From Bigelowiella natans CCMP2755 (Eukaryota; Protista; Cercozoa): a DNA stretch of 64,000 nt. The DNA lies in contig ADNK01001820.1 of the NCBI GenBank assembly GCA_000320545.1, positions 62,001-126,000 of the forward strand, read 5' to 3'. Both the position numbers and the translations under genes were made by a program. The notes beneath the pieces are model-generated. The model made no database searches. It saw only the letters and a list, made by a program, of their open reading frames with translations, and had not been told where the DNA came from. Below, piece by piece: positions 1 to 14,170 of this stretch; positions within the stretch are counted from its first letter, which is position 1, and each line of letters opens with the position of its first letter.

Positions 1-3345
<3,345 letters not shown>

Positions 3346-4165
3346 TGTGGTGACGATAAGCTATGACAGTGCTATCGTCACAGCATTTTGTTTTGTGTGA
3401 TGTTCCGTTATGTACACATCAATAAAGCCTTCTTCAATACCACAATGCTAGCGCATAACCCAGCATCGAACTGTCATACGGGGCCACATAAAAGTGGTTC
3501 AATTGCCGCCAGCATTTGAAATCCATGTGTTCTAGGGCCACATTCCGTCATTCTAGGTTTGCTGTGTCCACCACATGCATCTAGACACTAGAGACATGCA
3601 TGTGCGTAATCATGCAGGCTATAAGGCGTTTGCAGTGGCACGTTGCGACTTCGATGCATCGTATTACGAAACTAATAATTGCACAATTTTCTTCGGTGGT
3701 GTGATGCTATGTCACATCATCTAGATTATGCGCAGCAGCTTGCAGAGATGCTACAAGATTTGACTTTATTGTAATACATGTCGAATGGGGGTTGCTAAAT
3801 TTGGGTGAAAATTGAAATTTTTAACATGATCATTACATCCGTCTGATAGGGTGTAGGCACACGAAGACGCTTGAAGTTAGCAGCATGCGCTATCATAAAA
3901 AAGAATGCAACAGTGATCTCATGGCTTCCGCAGCAATATCTAGATATAAACGACAGCATGTCGATCGATCGTAGATGATGCAAGAAAATTGATGGTAGTT
4001 AACACGCACTTCATTCAGTGTCTATTAGTTAATACTTCCACACATTATTTAGCCTATATACGTACATACTCGATTCTCTGACGGTATTATTCAACTTAAG
4101 CTTCTCCTCTGGTGTATCTAGACATGATCGCTGGATTATTGAACGATTTACTCCGTGATTGAAAT

Positions 4166-4921
4166 CTAGCACTCCTCATTGAACACAGCATGCTTCCAGC
4201 ACATCTGTACCCCGCCCCTATTATCTCCACGAGCTTCTTCCTCCATCTTCTCTAACGTTGCTGCATTCCGGGCGGGAATGAGCTCTGGCTGCTTGTATAA
4301 ACCCCCTTGCACGCCTGCCATAATGTCCTTTTCGCGAAGCAAATGTATTGTCGGGAATGGAGATCGTATTGCAAAGGATTTGGGAGCAATCAGTGTCTCA
4401 GATTCTCCATTGTCGTTGCTGCTCTCGCTATAAAGCGAGTGCGTGGCGTTCGGATGGAATAAAACGATCTGCAAGTGGCCCAGGAGTTCATCTTCGAGGA
4501 TATGTTTCTGTAGGTCATAGCTTGTTAGGATAAGTTCGTGGAAGGTGTGAAGGTAATCAGTGTCCGAATTGTCGACAACGAGCAATGTGGATTCCGGCCA
4601 TTCTGGACAAAGGTGTCCAGAAACTGTTTCCTGTCCCTGATCCTCCATTCTTATATTCGTCCTCATCAAGTTACTACGCTCCTCAAATGCTATTCTCATC
4701 TTTAATAAATTAACCTCTGTTTTGAAATCGGTAAGTAGCTCCTGATTATTTGCAGCAAGTGAGGTTGCAATTCTCAAGGCGTTCGGCCTGTCGAGGAGCG
4801 GCTTTGCGAATGGACATAGATTTTCCCTCACAATCCAGTTTTTTACCCAATTTTCAGTGAGCTCCCTCGTTCGAGTATAAGCTCGCGAAGCATGGGAGAA
4901 TGTTCTGGGAGTCCTGGGCAT
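4166..4921 (-). CDS. DUF1415 family protein, intronless, 251 aa
   Basis: Motifs typical of DUF1415: WVKNWIVRENLCPFAK, ESTLLV, LQIVLFHP, RSPFPTIHLLRE, IPARNAATLEKM. ATG at 4921, TAG at 4166-4168. Confidence 0.85.
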   Translation of the reverse strand: MPRTPRTFSHASRAYTRTRELTENWVKNWIVRENLCPFAKPLLDRPNALRIATSLAANNQELLTDFKTEVNLLKMRIAFEERSNLMRTNIRMEDQGQETVSGHLCPEWPESTLLVVDNSDTDYLHTFHELILTSYDLQKHILEDELLGHLQIVLFHPNATHSLYSESSNDNGESETLIAPKSFAIRSPFPTIHLLREKDIMAGVQGGLYKQPELIPARNAATLEKMEEEARGDNRGGVQMCWKHAVFNEEC

Positions 4922-5229
4922 GATTGGAGTTTCAAAGATAGCATCATTGTCAAAATTTAACTCGACATCGTCGTTTAAGGACTGTTCCGATGCTCAGGCA
5001 TAATTCATAAAATTGAAATCTTGTGTCTCATGGATATTGAATTCTAGGCAACTTATCGCTTTTTCCAAGCCTGCGACTGGGAAATGTAGGACAAAACCCC
5101 AGTACAGACGCTTGTTACACACATTATTTGGCACAGCCCTCCTTGACACTTCCCTTCCTTCCTTCAGCATCACCTCACTGCAACTCTACAAGAACGGGCT
5201 AACGTTATCAAGCTAAACAGAAAACAACG

Positions 5230-5617
5230 ATGCTCGATCGCCTCCTTGGACGAAAGAAGGTGCCCATATCTGAGCAAGTTAAGGAGTGGACAAAGGGCCT
5301 CAGAAAGGAATCCAGGGGGGTTGAGCGGAAGATTCGAGGCAAGAAATGCACAGCATGAAATAATATTCATTTTGAGCTAAATTAGTGGAACAAGTGAGAA
5401 GCTACCCTTACAATGGCGACAGTTTAGTTTACATTCGTAGCGTTGGGGGAGGAATTTATTTTCACTGGTTGATCTAATTCTTCTTTCAGAGATTCGACGG
5501 GAAGAGGACAAAATTAAAAGACAGATAAAGAAGCTAGCGAAGGACAAGAATAGTCTGACCGCCATCAAGACCTTAGGTATTCTCGTAATACTTTAAAATA
5601 AATACTCTGTATGTTTA

Positions 5618-5652
<35 letters not shown>

Positions 5653-7094
5653 GCACGGATGCATGCACGCAACGCGTACACTCAAAATATACGCACACGC
5701 TTATGAGAACCTCATTCTAACACTCCAAAAATATGTTAAAATTTATCTCCCTATGAAATCGTCGACACCGTATGAACTTTCCTCTCGTTATTTGTCTTCG
5801 CTCTGACCACCATTTCTCCTCTCTTTCCGGTGATGACCCTTGTAGAACCATGCTGCATCTGAAGAGTGCCTACGTGCATTCGATGTTGTGAGTTCCTACT
5901 CTGAGGAAAAAGAAAACACAATTTCCAACCAAATTTACGCCAAAACTTTTGTGCCTTATTTCAAACCTTACAAACAATAAGATGCCTGAACTTTCGTTAT
6001 TCATTCTCCTTATCCTTAGCCAAAGGACTCGTGCAATCTAACAAAACTTGCGATAGACTCTACCAGGCGAAGGCACAGATAAATTCTGTGTCAACCCAGT
6101 TAAAACTGAACTATGGTGAAGAATAACTCCTTCCCAATACAATTAAATGAATATTATACTGTTTTATTAAAATGCGAGTATGCGAGTGCGTGCGTGTGTG
6201 AATTTTTTAGTGATGCTTGTAACTTAAGCTGGTCCAAACTTCTGTTTCCTACAGCCCAAATGAAGGTGGCCGAAACTATGGAAAAGTCAGGCGAGATCAT
6301 GAAAACAATGGTGAGCCCTCGTTTTCTTCTAACTCGACTCTGCCGCAGCTTCTGTTTGAATTTAATGCAAGTTCCCCCCCCTCATCACGACCATCTAATG
6401 GGCAATACGACGATGCACCCCTCATCACGACCATCTAATGGGCAATACGACAATGCACTTCCTTCAGGGTCAGCTGATGAGACTACCTGAACTACAAGCC
6501 AATTGTAAGGAATTTGCCAAGCAAATGATGAAGGTGTCTTGCAAATATTAAGTGACTAAAACGGCGCGTGCGTGTGAACAAACGCCAATTATAGAAAACC
6601 AGGCAGAGTATCCTTCATAAGAATATCTTGCGAATAATAATACCGTGATATTCTGATTTTGCATGATCATCATATCATCATCATCATCATCATAAGGTTG
6701 TCTAAATGCTTAATATCACCATTAAGGCGGGCATCATAGAAGAGGTGGTGGCAGACACTTTCGAGCAGCTCGAGGATCCCGATGTGGACGAGCTCGCAGA
6801 TAAGGAGGTAACAATCCTTTCTTGATCGGGACATCCCACTGAACGTTGGATCATCCACTTAAGTTTACACATTTTTGTCTCAGGTCAACAAGGTCATCTT
6901 CGAGATCACAGAGGGGCAATTTGGAAAGGTGCAATACATTATCACTAGCAACCACATATGCATAAGATGTATTGGATATGCAGGTTGAAAGCATTAAAGA
7001 CGACCGGAAACTTTACAAAGAGGAGAAAAATGACAAGGTCTTATAAAATATTTTCACATGTAGATAAATATAAGTTATATACACTTGCACACTT

Positions 7095-7130
<36 letters not shown>

Positions 7131-7317
7131 CATGATATTTATGATATTATTCATAAATATTAATGTCATTTTTAGGTCGTTGAAGACGAGAAAGATGAAG
7201 ATGTTGAGGAGATGAAGAAGCGCCTCGAACAGTATGTTACTTCTTTTCGTCCATACATACCCTTATGGATTGACCTGACATTGAGATTTGCGACTACAAT
7301 ACAGGTTAAACAGCTAG
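5230..7317 (+). CDS. VPS24: ESCRT-III subunit Vps24/CHMP3 (Snf7 family), 10 exons
   Basis: Exons 5230-5338, 5490-5576, 6020-6115, 6255-6310, 6468-6533, 6727-6807, 6884-6928, 6984-7037, 7176-7231 and 7305-7317 splice in frame. Product: MLDRLLGRKKVPISEQVKEWTKGLRKESRGVERKIREIRREEDKIKRQIKK...RLYQAKAQINSV...MEKSGEIMKTM...LPELQANCKEFAKQMMKAGIIEEVV...EVNKVIFEITEGQFG...MKKRLEQLNS*. Confidence 0.93.
6381..6458. repeat. 40-bp tandem duplication in VPS24 intron 4
   Basis: ctcatcacgaccatctaatgggcaatacgac(g/a)atgcac starts at 6381 and again at 6421. Confidence 0.9.
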
Positions 7318-8075
7318 GCCATCAAGTTAAAGGATGATATGCTTACGAAAGAATTCGTGATTACGTTTTAATGATATAGTAGTACTGGCAATGTGCAACA
7401 ACGGGATCGTGCTTCGTCGTTCACTTGCATCGCATCGCAACTCCTACATTCAGGCATGGTGGCTGAGCGCAAGTATGTCGGCAATAATGAAAGAAACGCG
7501 ATGCTATGTGATATGTGATATCACCCGCATATCTAGATAACTAGATATGCACATGGTGAATAGAGCGGAAGTGGCGCGAGCACGCAATCTAGCAATACTT
7601 GATGCAGCGTAACAAGGGTCGGGGGCGCTAGCTGCGCCAAATCGCAGCAGGCAAGGTGTGAAACTTTCGTCGTCTGCGCACCGACGTACCTGCTAGCCTG
7701 CAGTACCATTGCTGACGAGTCGTCGATCATGCATGTTTCGATGCGATCATGCATACATCGCATTGCTGTTACTGCCTGTCGTGCCATCGATCATCTTCTA
7801 GCTACCTAGGTACTGCACGCCACATTGATTGTTGCACGTGCACCTGCCATCGCCGTGTGCTGGGCGTCACAGGCCAGACACAACGTGCAACACAATGTAT
7901 ACACGTGCATGCAAGCAAAATTCATCAAGCAACTTTGCTGACAATCAGTGATCGACATTGCCAAGCTAGACTGTTATGGCTTGCAGAGGATATCGTTGAA
8001 CTGGTCGTTAATGCAGCGCTTTGTTACCTAGCTACAGCAATGTGCACAGTCGCACACACACACACACGCGCATAC

Positions 8076-8120
<45 letters not shown>

Positions 8121-8350
8121 GATAACACATCTTGCATAATTTGCAGCTTTACATGTATGCAAGTAGTACATGAACAACCAGCTTTTATTCATGGGTTGCC
8201 ATTGCATTCATCGATGGGTCGTAGTCTTTCGATTTAGGTAGGACACTTCAGCGCATATCGTTGACAACTAATCACAGTCGTAAACTGTCATATACGGAGG
8301 CGGTAGGCAAGAATAATCCAGAATGTCGTCACTTTCAGCCCCCTGGTTCA

Positions 8351-10312
8351 CTATCGGACGATTGCTTCGTGTAATATAACTCGAAGTACTCCGGGCTTCT
8401 CTTGCGCGCACTTAAAACCTAATCCATTAACGAATCGCTCCATCGCTGGCCTAAGGCGTGCCTGGCCACAGCTGTGCTGTCCTATCCCAGTTACCACCCG
8501 ATACTCTCCCTTTCCAGCGATCGTTAGTAATATTCTCAGCACCTTTGCGGAAAGTTTATCAGAGGGGCATATGGATTGGGAGAAGAGACGTGCAGCTACC
8601 TTGATACTTTCGTTAACATGGAGGCCATGCAGATCCACAGATCGTGAGTTGTCGCGGCCACGATTCGTAAATAAATAAATGCCTGATAATGACGGGTATA
8701 ATCATGGTGGTGGTGGAGATGATGTGCTAGCTTTATACTGGGCTAGCATACGGTGAGGAGGAGACAAATATGATGCAAAATACATTGTGGCTGCCAGCTT
8801 ACAAGTACTCCTAGATGTGCTTGCCAAAATGGCACGAACTATGATGCGAAGTATTTGTGTCCTTTGCTCCTTCCTTTCTTATCTAGTGTGTTGTCGACAT
8901 TGTTGCTTCTGCCTGTACGGATACAACGACCTGACCTTTAATGGCTTCTAATTCAGCCCTCCGAATTTTCTTACGGATAAGACGCACCTTAAAGTGGGAA
9001 AATTTTGCATTGTCAGGTGAGCCTTATAAAAATATAGAAGAAGCTACAGTAGACAACGCTGCTGCTGCTGCTGCTGCTGTACGACTACTACCACCTCATC
9101 GAGAACGACTGCCAGGGCCCCAGTTACTGTTCCCTTCTGTTTGTGTCCAGCAGATCCGGCTGCCTTATTCAGAATCTAATTGGGATTTCGCCCCGCACAG
9201 AAGATCTCAGTATCAAATTTAAAAAATTTAACGTTTAGACAGAATGGTGTTCTATTTGTTATGTATATGCACAGTATTGGGAGAGTGCTCATGCGACATT
9301 CCAACAAGATGTGCCAAGATTCAAGGTTCAAGACTCGTCTTCACTCGATACTCCAACCACCTTATCTCGCTGCTTCCTCAAATCATGGATGTTGCTTCGA
9401 TACAAATTATACACCTGCGAAGACCGAGTACGTTGTGTGTGTAGGAAATTACAAGGAGACTATAGCAGGGTGAATAGCGTCTAGGACATCGTGTTCTCAT
9501 TCTACACTTTATACCACCTTTTGCGGGTTCTCCCTCGATGTGATGGTCGACGCGCCGAGGTTTGCCAAGATGAAGTTGCGAAGCTGGTGTGAGAAACAAA
9601 AGATTAGCAATGATAAGGTCAACAAATGAACATTAAACAAAACTAGCACCACTTCCCAAAGAATGGAGATTTCAACACGAAAACCACATAGCCTCCCTTG
9701 AAACAAATTTCAAAAAAGGACAAAACACAGGCACGCTCACCCACGCAGACACGCATATGCACATATACATTTATATTGATAGTGTAGTATTTCATCTCAT
9801 ATCTGTATTTTGAGTAAATATTAGCCTAGAATCTCACCTCTGCAGCGTGTGGCCTCTCGTCAGCATCAGCCTTGGTCTGCATTTTAGCACGAATGTCATG
9901 CAGGGAAGAGGGAAAAGAATATCTAATGCCATCATCGTCATCGTCGTCGCTAGTACTATTATTTTCAATACACATAATCATATTTGCCTCAGTTAAAACT
10001 GAACGTCGGAGCTTTAATGTTCACTACTTCATTACTATTCCCAATAAAATACAACAGAAAATGGTGTTGGTAGACACACCTCCTTCTCCTCCTTGTCAGT
10101 ATCCTTGTTGAAGTCAACTAGAGGAGCACTTTGCTTCCCTGGAGAGAGAACAGAAAAAAAAGAAGAAGAAGAAGAAGATGATGATGATGATGAGGAAGAA
10201 GAGGGAAACACAAGGGAGGATATTGATTTTACGCTTTCGGTGCTTCCCTGTGTAATATATTTCTGTACTCATTCTCTCCATTCTGCTAGACTCAAATCTA
10301 ATATATGTATAT

Positions 10313-10350
<38 letters not shown>

Positions 10351-11316
10351 TTATATATACACATATAATTTTATAAATATATATTGTCAGGATAATGAAA
10401 AAGTATACACACAACTACCAATAATTAGATAATTTTCAACCTTTAAGGGCTCTTGCTTTCTTCTTCGCTTCCGCGTTTGGATAATAACGGCACAACCACA
10501 ACAAAGCGACCTCGTAGTTTCTCCTTTGTATTCATAACAAATACTTTAATACATTTGTATGATGATTTATCATCCAGAAAGAAGTGTTGCCATCAGCGTT
10601 GCCGTCGTCGCCGTCGTATATTTGTGTTAAGTCGGGGAGAAAATGGGCGGCGGAGGATATGTTGGCAGTGTATTAGTTAGTGAGCTAGTAGAACTCTGAT
10701 ATTCAATCGGAGTGAGAGAGAATGCTGACTGATATTTATGGATAAAAGAAAGAAAGAAAGAAATCCATGCATGAATGAACCATGCATAACATTTTTTGCT
10801 ACAAATCAAACACAACTTCAGGCTCTACCCTGCGTCCATAAAAGCTTCTTCAACAATAGTATGGCTCACCTTATGATGATGATAATGATGATGATGATGA
10901 TGATCATTATGATGTAGGTAATTAGTGTGGTGATAATTGTGCACATTCCACTTCAAGGTACGTAGTAATATTTCTAGATTTTGTGGCAACTAGTCACTGT
11001 TTGGTAGTGGTGGCTGTTATTATTGCAGTATCGTTTGGTTGGATTTCATCAAGTCTTGATAAAGGAAACATGCACGCACTACTTTGGGAAAGAGGCTCTT
11101 GAGCCCATCAAGTTGTAGAAGTGAACTGATTTGGGAGGATAAGAGAAGGATGATGATGATGATGAGGAGGAGGAGGAGGAGGAGTAGAAGGGGAGAAGGG
11201 AAAAAAGGGCAATATTCATATACTACGGCAGCATCTGAAATCTAGCAACTACCTGATATTCGGGGCTTTGAATCTCTCTACACAGTCTTTTTGTTGCTTC
11301 CATATATTGTATCTGA

Positions 11317-11360
<44 letters not shown>

Positions 11361-13399
11361 CCCCAACGAGGTGAAGAGAAGTGAAAGATGATGTGGCAGT
11401 GGCCATACGATGATAAAAGTTATTCTGATAAGATTTGTTGATTTCTACTGGTGGATGAAGCTGCCTCTGCTTTCAGCGAGAGCATGCAATGGCATTTTGC
11501 GCCCTGATACACGGGTACACACCATAGCAGATAAATGCAGACGATTAGCTGTGATCAAAATGACTAATTGACATGTTCTTGTAGCGGAAAATAAGCTATC
11601 TTCACCACAAACAACAACTATATTCATTGTGTATGTTCTTCAATTAACCTCTACTACGACTTCGTGATTTCCGACTTCGACCTCCATTTGCTGTGTAAAA
11701 AAAGGATGAAACCAGTAAGCAATGAAAATGATTGCCGTATGAACGTATTAAAATCAACCTAAATTTTCCAATTCTTTCTTCCACAGCCTCTCTGCTTCTG
11801 CCTTATCGATTTGCTCCCCAATACTGACTACTGGGGTCACCTTCCTATTTGTCCTTCCTCTACTACCCGGACGGGCCCATACACTACCACCTTGTTGTGG
11901 AAGTCTGCTTCTACGGGTGTTCTAACCAAATGAAAGAACCTTCATCAACACTAGCAAAATAATGCTTGTTTGCATACACACACACACACACACACACACG
12001 CATTGTTTTGCTTCCCGTACAATGCTACGGCAGCTACAATGATAATGGATGACGTGAATGAACCGTTGTAAAAAGAATATATTGGGGAAAATATCTAATT
12101 TGGGTGATGACGGGAAGTTCCTAGAAAATCCGTACTACCGTCTTCCCTGCACAACCTTGTTATTCTTATTATTCACCTTCTTATTCTTCTCTTTGTTTTG
12201 GTTAATTCTAGCCCTCGCCCGCTCGTTTTCCTCTTCCTGTAAGTGCAGTGCTAGTGCTAGCGAGGCATCATTATCTTCATTTTTTGTGGGGGAGTGCTTG
12301 GTGTCCTTCATTGCCCTTATGGTAGGCATGATGGGGGCCTCGTCCTCCTGATTCCTCCTCTTTTCTTCCTTTTCGTAGCCTTTGTCGACATCATTCCCCT
12401 TCTTCTCCTCCTTCCTCACATTATTTTCATTAGTTTCCACCGCTACTTTTCTTCTGTGCTGTTGCTCTGCAACACGTTCCTTATCCGCTTGGATGTCGAT
12501 GAGAAGGGAGATACAGGGTGTCAGCTGCTGCCCGCACTGCTCATAAACTAGCTGTATCTGCTCTAGAGGAACGCTTTCCTGCACACGAACATTCATAGAT
12601 GAGGAAGAAAATAGGGGGTGGACAAAGGCAAAAAAAGGAAATGAAGACGAACGTAGTCAATATTGGATGTTGTGTTACCAATTGTTGTGACGACGAAAAT
12701 GCTGACAGACATAGGCGAACGGAAGAGTGAAAAAATGAACGAAAATCTTCTTCAGATAATAGATTTCTCTTCTTTCTGGAACGTGTGTTGGATTAATCAC
12801 CAGGAACATTTCCCGAAGCATTTGTACTTGTTCTTCTTTCATTTTCTTTGAGTTACACTCTTCCCTATTTTCCTCCTCCGCTTCCTTGTCACCCCGCCTC
12901 TCGTTAGTAGGTACTGCAGGAACGCCCTTCGTCATTCCATCACCTCTTCGCTGGTTGTGATCGGTTGTGGTGGAGGTGTTGATGGAAGTAGTGGTGCTAT
13001 GTTTCTCGTCTCGATGCCGCTGGTGCTTCTGCGGCGGCCGCTGGAACTGCTCTTGCTTAACGGATGTAGATTGCATCGCTTCAAGAGCCTTCCAAGCTTT
13101 CTCCATTCTATATTCACTCTGGCCGAACACTGCCTCTATGACCTCACCTGATTTTAGTGTTAAAGTGGGAGGGGGGTACAAGTCATCAGATTCATAGCCA
13201 CAAAGCTTAGTATGAGTGATTGTTTTGTTTATATTTTTTGCTGAAACACTCCATGCATTGTTTAGTTTTAAGACGAGATGTTAATTTCCCCATAACTCGA
13301 AAACGATGGTGAAAAGAATCCCTTCAATGTCTCGAGATCCTGCTGTCGAGCTGCATTGGCCTTGTTCAGAGCGGTAAATTTTTTCTTTTTACGTGGCAT
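8351..13399 (-). CDS. CUE-domain / Smr (small MutS-related) endonuclease, Cue2/N4BP2/NONU-1-like, multi-exon
   Basis: C-terminal Smr domain (VDLHGLHVNES...YRVVTGIGQHS...ARLRPAMERFV...PGVLRV, TAG 8351-8353). It is preceded by a DUF1771-like helix (YNLYRSNIHDLRKQRDK...IKGIYLFTNR). N-terminal CUE-like units: LETLKGFFSPSFSSEVIEAVFGQSEYRMEKAWKALEAM and QVQMLREMFL..VPLEQIQLVYEQCGQQLTPCISLLIDI. ATG at 13399 (MPRKKKK). Confidence 0.8.
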
Positions 13400-14170
13400 C
13401 TGAACGTCGTAATGTTTCAAGTGAATGAATCCATCAATGCTTAGAGTAGAGCACTCTAATCTCACCGTAGCAGGAACCAAAACCCTCATTCAATATCCCT
13501 TTCGTTCATCTATACTTGGGGGCATAATTTTTTACAAGGTAAATTTACATTTTTCGAACGTTCTTTCTTTGTGTCCTCGTATCCTCGAACACGCTCCACT
13601 GGCGGCATAAGTACCATGAAAATCAATCATTATAGTTTCGCTCTCCCTCCCCTCACTCCCCTCCCTCTCTATCTGCTATCACTTTCTTCCTCAGTGAAGC
13701 ACAACGTAAGCGCCAAAATGAAATCGCTCATTCGAACACACAGCAAGAGCACTCACCCCAATTTTTCACCGCCGGTCAGCTTCCGGGCGGCAGGTTGTCT
13801 ACTGGTGAGAAGAAAAGGATCCATTTTTGTAGGTGCGACATCATCATTTAGTTGTCGTTTTAATTTTAAAAATTAGCCTAGATTGAGAGCATTCCAGGCA
13901 GTTTATCTACTTTTAGCGGTGTTTTTTGGTCTTTTTCACCTACCTGTCAGTTTCATGGCAGTAACTGCCAGGGTCAGCCCTCTGGAAGAGACGGTGACGC
14001 AATAAAGAAGTCTGTTTTGTTTCTGCGTCAACGCTTCATCGTTACAACCGGTTAAAACCCAACGCGTCTGCAGGTTTGTATGGAAGGGTAACAGTCTGAA
14101 AAAAGGAGGAATGGCGAAGTAGGCGCCCTGTTTCTTTGCCGTTTTCTCCTGGCATCTTCATTGTAGATCC

